Shown here one piece after another: positions 51,437-60,884 of a stretch of DNA of 64,000 nt. The translations under genes were made by a program, and so were the position numbers. The stretch covers positions 1 through 64,000 of the forward strand of contig BROI01000013.1 in assembly GCA_027923505.1 (NCBI GenBank), in the 5' to 3' direction. Under the pieces are notes generated by a model, which was not told where the DNA came from, ran no database searches, and saw only the letters and a list, made by a program, of their open reading frames with translations. Numbering within the stretch: the stretch's first letter is position 1; every line of letters begins with the position of its first letter. The DNA comes from Mayamaea pseudoterrestris. Taxonomy: Eukaryota.

Positions 51437-52256
51437 GATGAGCGTGTACAAGTGTACGAAGCACGTTGCCAATAACGAGGTGACAGCGCTCGCAAATGCT
51501 GTTAGCAGTGGGCGTCTTGGCCGAAGCGGCATGCCATTCAATCCCATTGTGTTCAAGGATGGTTCCAAATGCTCCTTTAAACTCATTGCCTTGGTCGGCA
51601 ACGAGTCGCATTGGTCGAGGATAGCGAGAGAGCCAGTTGTCTTCAAAGAGACGACCGATATGATACGCCGACTTGTCCTGATAGCGAACAATTTCGACAA
51701 GGTTAGTAACTGGGTCAATCATCGTTAACGCTCTGAAATAACAGTCAATGCCGTTCACTGATACTTTCCATGGGCCGATGAGGTCAACGTGGACTTCATA
51801 CCAAGGAGCGACGCGCACGTCTCTCGCTGGCAGCTCGCCATATTGACGGCTGCCTCCTTTGTTCCGTTGGCAGGTATCGCAAGCTCCAACAAGATGCTCA
51901 ACGCGCTGCTTGAGTTTAGGATGGTAAAAGTGTTGCTTGATGCTCGTTGTAAGGCAAGTCATTCCAGCGTGGGCCATTGAGAGGTGGTACCAAAGAATCA
52001 AGCGATCGAGGATCGCACTGGGGATGCAGATTCGCCAGCGTTCGTCTGCTTGGAATACAACAATCTGAACGTCTCCAAGTTGTTTGTATTGTATGGTTGT
52101 CGCGTCTTGGTTTTGGACTGCGGCCATTAGCGTTGCATCTTCTTGTTGATACTCGGCAATGGTTGAATACGACAGGGGATATCGCCCTTGTTCGTCGAAC
52201 TCCGGATGGAGGAGCAGGCACTCTGCAAGCTCTGGTTCGTCCCGTAGGAGAAAACT
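51437..52256 (-). pseudogene. gypsy integrase N-terminal HHCC and core
   Basis: YHLSMAHAG...CDTCQ; VHVDLIGPW; ADQGNEF; ANSICER. Confidence 0.92.
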
Positions 52257-52257
52257 T

Positions 52258-52877
52258 CATTAAGTTGCTCTTCAATCTCAACATTGGTAGTGGTGGTTAC
52301 ATTCCAAAACAAGAACGCTTCTTGGATGTCTCGTCCGAAACGTTTCCGTGCAGAGAAGCTGCAAGCTTCGATGTCGCAACCATGATAGTGAATACCTCGC
52401 TTTCCGCAAGTCCTTTCTTACACAACAACCGCTCTCAATGCGAGTCGAGCCTTATACGATCCTGTTCTACGCGCTCGTGTCAAGTATTCGGATTGACGAC
52501 GCCGCAAAGGAATCTGCTCTTTTCTCTCTCAATTTCTCGGATTCTTTCACTCCTCTCTCTTTCGCACAGCTCTCTCAGGTCAAGACAAGCTAGCAAGACT
52601 GTTAATCTGACACGTTAATATCAGACGAACCTTTTATTCCAGCGACTACAATGGACTAGGAGGCGATCAACCTCTTCGTCCAGCGTAAAGCAAACAAACA
52701 AACTCAATTGCTAGAATAGTGCATGTTACTCGCTACTCTCGTGCGCTTCCTTCTCATTCTCACTGGGTTCACGGTCGAGGTTCACGCCTCGATCGTCAGG
52801 CATTCACTCATGTATGTGAGGATTCGGTCACAAGTGTGACTCAACCCCTGCACAGGATTAAATGCATACAAAACACA
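52258..52877 (-). mobile_element. Foreign segment of about 620 bp: probable LTR (52608-52877), PBS and leader of another LTR element, replacing part of the gypsy RNase H
   Basis: The pol frame breaks after SRKLNSAQAT. The minus strand reads TG...AATAAA...GTGTCA, then GATTAACAGTCTTGC. Confidence 0.55.
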
Positions 52878-54635
52878 GGTAGCTTGGGCGCTGTTGAGCT
52901 TGCGCGAAAAGTAAGCGACCGGCACGCCATCTTGAAGGATGACGGCGCCGAGTTGATAATCAGACGCATCCGTTTTAATGACGAATGGCTTGTTATGATC
53001 AGGATAACGAAGGAGAACATCGCTTGCTGCAACTGCTTTCATTTCTTCGAACGCCTTTTGTTGAGGCGCGCCCCATTGAAAGGACTTTTTGCCGACGAGA
53101 TTCGTCAAAGGAGCAAGCATGTGCGACCGTCGCGGCCACATGGTTCGATAGTATGTAACAAGACCAAGGAATGAGCGCAACTGCTTGAGATTAGTAGGAG
53201 GCTTCATATCCACAATTGCTTGGACTTTCTTGGGCCAGGGTTTGAGTCCTGTCGGCGTGAGCCAGTACCCAAGCCAGTCGGTTTCCTTGACGCCCCATTC
53301 GCACTTGCTTGGATTGATTGTGAAGCCGCTATCCTCGAGACGCTTTAAAACTGCCTCTAAGAGAGTTAAATGCTCCTTCCAAGTGTCGCTAAAGCAACCG
53401 ACGTCGTCAAGGTACTTTTCAACGTCGCGCAATCCTTGTAAAACTTTCTCCATCACCTCTTGAGCAATATCGGGGGCTTGATTGACGCCCATTGGCAAGC
53501 GCAAGTAACGGAATAAACCGAACGGCGTTGCAATCGTACAGAGCTCGCTGCTTTCCTTGTCCAACTGGAAGGTATAATACTGCATTGAAATATCAAGCTT
53601 TGTGAAGAACTTGTACCCGCTGCGCCTCGCCAGTAGCTCATGGATACGCGGCATTGGGAACGTGCGCCTTTTAATCACTTTATTCAACGCCCGAAAGTCA
53701 GAAACAAAGCGTACAGTCTTGTCCTTCTTTGGTATAATAAAGGTGGGCGCCGCCCATTCGCTGCGGCCGCAAGGCTCAAGTACACCGAGTTCGACGAGTC
53801 GATCAAGCTCTTCCTTGAAGGTTTGCTCATGCACTCGAGGCACTGGATAATGTCTTTTATGGACTGGTTTAGCTTGTGGATCAATGTCAATGTGGACTAG
53901 CTCGTGTGGGTATTTGCCAAGCTTGCCTGAAAAGAGAGCGGGAAAGCGTCGTAAGAGACGTTTTAAATCGGTACGTTGCTCCTCATTTAAATGAGTTGAT
54001 TGATCTGCAACCTCATCTGTTGACACTTTGTTATACTTAGCTGATAAAATCTCCTCGCTTGTATGCAGGTCTGGTTCAGTATCCGAGAAGAGGACGAAGC
54101 GCTCAATCAAAGAGTCTCTAATCTGCTTTGGCCGATTGCTCAAATCCTCCATCGTTACCATTGGAGTCGATTGATTACCCCAATTGATTTGTTTGTCCCC
54201 GAAATCAATGGTCAATCCGAGCGCCGTTAAGACGTCTCGCCCCAGCAGCATGTCGTATCTTATATCCTGCTGGAAGACTCGTACTGGGAAGGCGCCGATC
54301 CTTTTTGAAGTGCTAAACTCGGGAAGGAACGACTCGGCAAAATCAATCTTGGTAGAGCTCTCCAATTTGCCAACTGCAGTCTGTGATACTAAACGTGGTG
54401 CTTTGCACTGAGGCAATCCATGTGCCGCTCTTTGGCTAATCCAACTTGTCGAGGCTCCTGAATCGCAAAGGGCGGTAAGCGTGCGTTTACAGCGACTGCC
54501 ATTAGCTTTACCAACGACAATAAGTACAACAGGAATGTAATCCGTAACTTTGTCGCTAGTAGCTTGTTGATTAACTTCATCCGCTACAAGAGCGTCTTCA
54601 GTCGCACTGGCTGCCGCTGAGACCGCCGCCGTATC
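52878..54635 (-). CDS. gypsy pol (PR-RT-partial RNase H), in frame with gag after a single TGA
   Basis: ALCDSGAS (PR), DMLLGRD, SDFRALN, KLDISMQYY, LPMG, YLDD and KTDASDYQLGAVI. Confidence 0.92.
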
Positions 54636-55736
54636 TCATTCTTCAAAGACCGCTCCAATTGCTTGATCCCAATCAACCTCCGACTCGCTCTCTTGCTCTT
54701 GCGCTGGCGCTGGTTCCTCTGTTGTAACATCCACTATCATGTGCTGGTCTTCATCAGCTCCTTGAGCAGCTCCGCCTCCATTGTTGCCGCCTCCATTGTT
54801 GTTTTTCTTTTTCAATTTCGACTTGTCGAGTTTGAAACCCGGCTTGTAGCGCGGGCCCTTGGGGTTGCCAAAACACTGCTCCCAAGTGTGGCCGCCATGG
54901 TATTTGCACACGTTGGCATCGTTGTTTGCTTTAAGCTTCTTGCGTGCGTTCCCGTTGCCTCCATGGTCGTTGTTTTGGCCGCCGCCGTTGCCACCGTTGC
55001 GACGCGAGCGTTTGCCGCTCCGACGGCTGCCTCCTTCGTTCGTGTCGACTGGAGTCCTGTTGCTTGCCTTTAAGTTGATCATGTTATCCAACCAACGAGC
55101 AAATTGAATCAGAGAAAGGTCTGCAAGGCGACTCGTTAAAGATTGCTCCTCAAACTTGCTTTGCAGCCAAGTAGGGACCATTGCGAGCAGGAGATCCTTG
55201 ATGTCCTCGTCCGTATACTGGACCGCCGTTGGGTAGACCGCCTCGTCTTCTTGCGGCATATAAGCCATCAACTTGAACATATTGCGCAACAAACTAATCG
55301 ATTGGGTAACCGTATAGCCGTCAGGCAACTTGAGGTTCTTGAGGTACTCTTTTTGTCGACGCAAATCGTCGTCGACGACCATGAGCTCAGAGAGGAAAGC
55401 TTTGAGCGATTGGTTCCACGCTGCGATTGTGTCGTCTGGTAGAACTGATTGATCCCAGGTATCACGAGGCGCTCCAAGGAGACAAAGGCGAAAGGATTCC
55501 TTGCGGACCCTCATGCGATGGGCTGCCTGTCCATCAAAGGCGAGCTGCTCCATTGCACCAATCACCTCCCCGATGACACGAAGGACAGTCACGACGTCTT
55601 CATCACTAGCAATCTGTATCTTGCGCTTGTGCTTGGATCCATCTTGCTTGGTGAACGTGAGATCTTGTTTCGGTAGCGACTCAAACTTGACGCGAGGCAC
55701 CAAAGGGATCTTGACGTCGACTCCTCTAATCAACAT
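54636..55736 (-). CDS. gypsy gag
   Basis: 366-aa ORF directly after the 5' LTR; CKYHGGHTWEQC zinc-binding-like motif; basic and Gly/Asn-rich segments. Confidence 0.85.
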   Translation of the reverse strand: MLIRGVDVKIPLVPRVKFESLPKQDLTFTKQDGSKHKRKIQIASDEDVVTVLRVIGEVIGAMEQLAFDGQAAHRMRVRKESFRLCLLGAPRDTWDQSVLPDDTIAAWNQSLKAFLSELMVVDDDLRRQKEYLKNLKLPDGYTVTQSISLLRNMFKLMAYMPQEDEAVYPTAVQYTDEDIKDLLLAMVPTWLQSKFEEQSLTSRLADLSLIQFARWLDNMINLKASNRTPVDTNEGGSRRSGKRSRRNGGNGGGQNNDHGGNGNARKKLKANNDANVCKYHGGHTWEQCFGNPKGPRYKPGFKLDKSKLKKKNNNGGGNNGGGAAQGADEDQHMIVDVTTEEPAPAQEQESESEVDWDQAIGAVFEE

Positions 55737-55785
55737 GTTGTTTGTTTCCGTTTCCGATAGACAGTTGTCTATTTTGAATTCAAAG

Positions 55786-56011
55786 TGAAGTACCTATCGT
55801 AGGATGATATGTAAATGGAAATTATGGTGGTATTTTAAAGACTGCAATTGAAGATTGCCTCCATGGCGAGCCATCGCTCTTTTACTGGCGAGGATCGCAG
55901 ATGTCGCAACAGGATCGCCCATCTTCGCTAATACCCGACGGGCGTGTCCGTTGACTGTCCGGCTCGCCGTTGAGGCTGGGCCGGTGCATGTGAATCGTGT
56001 CAGATAGCACA
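55786..56011 (-). repeat. gypsy 5' LTR
   Basis: Identical to 44054-44279. Confidence 0.95.
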
Positions 56012-56247
56012 CAGTCAATGAAACTTCCACGAAGTCGTCAAAACAAGATTGAAAATTATGTCTACCTGACGTGGCGAAGGTCATTGACATTTCAGAGTCA
56101 TTGCCGTTCAACGAATGAAGATACCATGCTCCTAATTTAGCGAGTCGCGTTCCGACTGCTGCCAAGTCAAGCAATGGTATGTAAGTAAGTACCGTCTGGT
56201 ATGAGAGCAAACAAGTAGCATAGCAACAGCCAGCTGACCTTTGCACC

Positions 56248-59200
56248 ATGGGCCCATTGGTCGACAGTCGGCGACGTGCCTTCTCTGCAGAAGGGTCAGT
56301 GACACTTGAAGACAGAATCCTGGCGTTGCAGCTGGCGCAACTCTCTCACAAACGACGGCACGTTCCAAGCAGTGGCACGCCACTAACTGGGATGCGGACG
56401 ACGACTCTGCCACTACCGACGCAACAATCAGCAACTCGAGATGATGGCGATAGCAATCATGAAGACCTCACGCCGGATTCTTGGGCGGACGAAATGTTGA
56501 TTCAAGACTGCAGCGATGAGACGGAGAATCAAGACGCTGAAGACATGCTGCGCCAACAATCTGCAGGGTCGAATTTACTGATGACGAAGAATTCACATCA
56601 GCGCGGCAGCTTGACGCGAAAACAAACAGATGAAGCAGATGTTTCTCGGTGGCGGTCCGATCTTTCCGCGGTCTCGAATCTTTCATTCGCTTCACCTCGT
56701 CAACAATCGATCAGCAATCGCTCACGCTACCCTTGCTCATCCGTTTCTGCACCTCGTTGCTTCAACGGCCAAGATAGCAATGGATATAATCTTAGAAAGG
56801 ATCATGTACGAAAGGAATATCCTGCTGGGGGCTCGCGAAATGCGATGGTATCGGATTCAATTCTAAAAACAGTCTCGCACAGTCCGCAACTCACAGTCAG
56901 ACAAACGTCTTCCAATGTATCTTCGTCGTCTCACATAAATAGCGTACTGCGCGAACTCATGCATGAAGCCGGCATGCTATCAACTATTTTCAAGGAGCAT
57001 GATAATGCTAGGAGCAGCAATTCGCAAATTCATCTCGACAGACAGTTTGCTGACTCGGACATGTACGAGGAAAGTGTGACGGCATGCAGCTTGGCTTCGG
57101 GGATTCATCCGAGCTTGGCTTCTACGTCAATGTCTTTCGCTCCGAAAACATCAATCACTCGAAGAAAGAATCGTTCTGATAATACATTCCATTTGTATGA
57201 TACGACAGTGGCGGATCAAGAGGGTTTCAGTGATCGACTGGGCATCGCACCGCCCTTGCACTGGTCACCTACGGTTCCAACAATGGAAGGGAGGGAACCA
57301 TGCAGTCATACAAGAAACATGTATGCTAATGTGGGTGGTCGACTGGGTATAGAAAATCGCGTTGACGTTTTTCAGCCCTCCTTTTTTGACCCGCAAGCTC
57401 TCGACGCATCCATTTACTCGGATCGGATGTCATCATTTGGTAATACTGACGTTGCGACTGGAGACTTGACTCCAAAGACATTCGCGTCGACTCATCTTCC
57501 AATAACCCATTCAGAAAGACCTTTTACCGAGGAAATATCGGGTGCGCAAAAGCCTGCTAGCTCGCATATGACGTCAAATGATTTTGACTATACAGACGAA
57601 TCATGGGACTATCCATTTGGACAACAATCAGATCAGAGTGTTGCCAACGATGATAATAGCTCATCCGAATCGCTAACAGGTTCGTCAAAAAGCTTCAATT
57701 ACAACATTCCATCAAGGGCAGCATCACCTGCAGGCTCCGCCATTACTGCCACCCCGATTTACCGGCAACAATATGAGCAGAAAGCACAAGCTGGTCGCCC
57801 GCTTGCTCGTTCAAAGCAGCGCCAACAACAAGTCGTTTCTGAACCAGCAATCGATGCTCCGTTATTTGATTCAAGCCAAATTGCTTTGTCTTGGTCTAGG
57901 GAAGTTCAACTGTTGCAGTCTATGGCGCCATCGACGGCCAGTGCAGCAATGCCATCGCCAGCAAGTTTCTCAATCATAGCCAGGTCTGCAAAGCGGCTGG
58001 ATGCAGGTCAGCAGGACTTACCGCCCATAGAGCCGACTGGCCTTTACAAGCAGCGAAGCCCTACCCAACCAATAATTTCTTCATTTGAATTACCACAATT
58101 TACAATACCAACGACGCAAGCAACCAGACAAACTGTTCCAACCGTCTCGTCAACGGTCGACGATTCTCGTGAAGAGCATTCCTCAGATAGGAGAGGGAAA
58201 AGTTTGTCCAGCGAGCACTATCACGGGTTGCAGCTTACAAGCCCATTCGCTCAGGTAGTTCAGCTACAACATGGAATTAGGTCAGAAGCTTGGCCGCCAA
58301 TACTACACGATGAGTCAAAAAAAATTACGGCCGTTTCAATTATCGAAAAAAGCGACACTAATGCGACCGCGCCGTTAACCAAAAATGAGCAACGAAAGCA
58401 TCTGCAGGACCAAGAACGAACTTTATTGCAGCGACAGCATCAGCTCCGACTTCAGCAGCATTTACTTCAAAAGCAGGAGGAACGACTGCGAGTACAGCAG
58501 CAATCCGTCCGTGACTTTTTTGCGTCAGATGATAAACAAGAGCCGCAATCATGTCCTGATCTATCACCTTGTATGCGCGACCAACATTATACGGAGCATG
58601 GAAGCAATTCCACAGAAGGTCGTGACAATGGCAACGCTGCAGAGGGATTTTGGGTGCCAAAGAGTTGTCGAGTGAAACTGGAAATGTTCAATAGTCCATC
58701 ACGGGCGCGTATGTTGTCAAGTGAAGGGCGCCAAATACCGACAAATCATCAGCCGCACGCACACGAGCAACACATGTTACAAGACAACCAAGTACAGTAC
58801 AATGATCGTTATGGGAAAATAGTCGATAGCGATGCTTGGTATGAGCAACAGCGTATCGGTGAAAATGGAGTCTCCACCTGGCTACCGAGATTGTCCACCG
58901 ACACAGTTACAAATCAGTTTACTCAAGTTAGTGCAATGGCAATGAGGCCAAGATATCAAGAAGGGATGAATTCTGCCTATTTAAGGCGTGTGAGAAGCGA
59001 GCCCACGCTTCTTAATGCTAAAGCTAACTTCATTGCTGATGATGTGTCAAAGCATCTTCGACAAATGACTCCAGCTTGGGATGATGGCATTGGATCGAGA
59101 GAACGTAACGATCCGCCAAAACGACGGGTGTCATTTATAAATGAGCACTTGATGTCAAACAATCTGTCGCCATCACCGTTATCCACTGTTGTCTCAAGCG

Positions 59201-60621
59201 GAGTCGCCCCAAAGAATGAGATTTTTGCACTTCCACCATACCAGGATGAGGAAGGTGACAGAAGAGACTCATTGCTGCAGCTTCCATTGAATCCTTCTGC
59301 AGACTTCCGTTTGAACGAGGCTAGTTACGCTCCGGGTTGTCTAAAGAGAACAAATTTATTACTCGCCGACCAAACGTTTGAAAATGAACTGTGGAGAAAT
59401 GACCGGCCAAGCACTGTATCATCATCGGTTGCTCGTCTCCAGCGTGACATGGAGTTTCCTCGACGGCCCTCTAGGCTGGTGGATACAGTGCGCGGTGATA
59501 TCGCTGATCCACCACCCAAGGGAGGAAACGAAAGGACGCAGCATCATGCTCGAGTTAGGAAGGATCCAGAAGGTCAAAGCAGTTGTGACCCCGCAAAGGG
59601 ACCCAGTAAGGCCGATGAAAGGTCTATCTTGTCAGACATTTCTTTGGGCGACATTTTTGCAAATCTCGACGGCTTTACAGTAGATCCCAGGTCCCTGCTT
59701 TTTGGACATTCGCAGCAGCAACGCACCGACGCATGCGGCGCCACCGATCCAATGCTCACCGCTTCGGCTACAACCATGGCGCCCGCTAAAAATTCTGGGG
59801 ATGCTAGGTTACAAACTCGACCAGCACCAATGTTTCAAGCGGCGGAGAAAGATGAAGACGATTCTCACATTGCAGTGTTTGGCGGCGAGAGGCAAGCCAA
59901 GGATACGCAACAGGGATCAAACATGACTTGGAAAGATGGTTGGGCTAGCATAACAAAGTTGAAGGAAGCGCTCAGTATATCTGCCAGTCAAGTGGTACAA
60001 AAGGACAATCAGAAAGCTGCCATGGATCCAACGACCCCACATTTGACTATGAAGGGTGGCCAGGTCAAGCAGTCTACTTTCAAAGGCGTTGCTCGCAACT
60101 ACTTGTCTGCAATCGACGGCATCAAGACTATGGGATCATTTGATACTCTGACTGAAAATAGCAATGATGTTCGTGCGATTCTCGGTGCCGCGACAAGTCC
60201 TATGTACGAACGCAGTCGCTTGCGGACGAAGAATTTGAGGTCGATTGCCACTCCAACGGTGACTGATAACCTCTCGTTACGTCAACCAAGTGCTACTACC
60301 CTTCCTCTTCAACCTCCTCCGCCTCCGCCGCCCGGTCGTCCACCTGGGTTTGATAAGCGGCGACAACGAAACCTCGTGACACAAACGGCAGAACCACCCG
60401 CCCTGGAACCTCCAAGTAGTGTCAACATTCCGCTTCATCATTCGTTAGCTGACGAAGCCTTGTATGAAATGGGCCCCCTGTTTAGCATAGACACGGACGA
60501 CAACACCATAGAGACTGACCAGATACCTGAGCAAAAGGTTGACCCTGATACCGGTACGGGTTGCGCCTGGTTTGCATGTGTGGATCAATCCGAATGGTTT
60601 TCAAAGTGCTTTGCTAGATAG
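56248..60621 (+). CDS. Large Ser/Gln-rich, largely disordered hypothetical protein
   Basis: 1457-aa uninterrupted ORF with a Gln-rich coiled coil and poly-Pro near the C-terminus; no recognised domain. Confidence 0.8.
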   Translation: MGPLVDSRRRAFSAEGSVTLEDRILALQLAQLSHKRRHVPSSGTPLTGMRTTTLPLPTQQSATRDDGDSNHEDLTPDSWADEMLIQDCSDETENQDAEDMLRQQSAGSNLLMTKNSHQRGSLTRKQTDEADVSRWRSDLSAVSNLSFASPRQQSISNRSRYPCSSVSAPRCFNGQDSNGYNLRKDHVRKEYPAGGSRNAMVSDSILKTVSHSPQLTVRQTSSNVSSSSHINSVLRELMHEAGMLSTIFKEHDNARSSNSQIHLDRQFADSDMYEESVTACSLASGIHPSLASTSMSFAPKTSITRRKNRSDNTFHLYDTTVADQEGFSDRLGIAPPLHWSPTVPTMEGREPCSHTRNMYANVGGRLGIENRVDVFQPSFFDPQALDASIYSDRMSSFGNTDVATGDLTPKTFASTHLPITHSERPFTEEISGAQKPASSHMTSNDFDYTDESWDYPFGQQSDQSVANDDNSSSESLTGSSKSFNYNIPSRAASPAGSAITATPIYRQQYEQKAQAGRPLARSKQRQQQVVSEPAIDAPLFDSSQIALSWSREVQLLQSMAPSTASAAMPSPASFSIIARSAKRLDAGQQDLPPIEPTGLYKQRSPTQPIISSFELPQFTIPTTQATRQTVPTVSSTVDDSREEHSSDRRGKSLSSEHYHGLQLTSPFAQVVQLQHGIRSEAWPPILHDESKKITAVSIIEKSDTNATAPLTKNEQRKHLQDQERTLLQRQHQLRLQQHLLQKQEERLRVQQQSVRDFFASDDKQEPQSCPDLSPCMRDQHYTEHGSNSTEGRDNGNAAEGFWVPKSCRVKLEMFNSPSRARMLSSEGRQIPTNHQPHAHEQHMLQDNQVQYNDRYGKIVDSDAWYEQQRIGENGVSTWLPRLSTDTVTNQFTQVSAMAMRPRYQEGMNSAYLRRVRSEPTLLNAKANFIADDVSKHLRQMTPAWDDGIGSRERNDPPKRRVSFINEHLMSNNLSPSPLSTVVSSGVAPKNEIFALPPYQDEEGDRRDSLLQLPLNPSADFRLNEASYAPGCLKRTNLLLADQTFENELWRNDRPSTVSSSVARLQRDMEFPRRPSRLVDTVRGDIADPPPKGGNERTQHHARVRKDPEGQSSCDPAKGPSKADERSILSDISLGDIFANLDGFTVDPRSLLFGHSQQQRTDACGATDPMLTASATTMAPAKNSGDARLQTRPAPMFQAAEKDEDDSHIAVFGGERQAKDTQQGSNMTWKDGWASITKLKEALSISASQVVQKDNQKAAMDPTTPHLTMKGGQVKQSTFKGVARNYLSAIDGIKTMGSFDTLTENSNDVRAILGAATSPMYERSRLRTKNLRSIATPTVTDNLSLRQPSATTLPLQPPPPPPPGRPPGFDKRRQRNLVTQTAEPPALEPPSSVNIPLHHSLADEALYEMGPLFSIDTDDNTIETDQIPEQKVDPDTGTGCAWFACVDQSEWFSKCFAR

Positions 60622-60884
60622 CTTGTGAGTATCAATGTTTTATATATTCTGTATAAACGCCTGTATTAGGCCATTGTTGCCCGTTCGTATCATTAGTAAA
60701 AAGTTGGGACAAGTCAATGGCTGCTATACGTACGGTACGTCGTACTACAGGTAATGAAAGTGTGTATGAATACCGGTACGATACGAAACGATTTGGTCTT
60801 AGATGATGATTCGAATCTCAGAAAGCAAGAAGGAGAGACGCACGCTTGCTTCATTGATCCTTCATACGCACAAATTTCCTGTCA

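Larger units (their letters stand above)
44054..56011 (-). mobile_element. Ty3/gypsy LTR retrotransposon, interrupted by a nested copia and a foreign segment
   Basis: Identical 226-bp TG...CA LTRs at 44054-44279 and 55786-56011; 5-bp TSD CAGTC (44049-44053 and 56012-56016); PPT GGGAGAG on the minus strand; order gag-PR-RT-RH-IN. Confidence 0.96.

Noticed and set aside
43804..56249. Minus-strand ORF of about 160 aa restored by removing the gypsy (...EVSLT|VIDDHH...)
   Set aside because: No recognisable domain, and it abuts the start of the 56248 gene head-to-head; likely chance.
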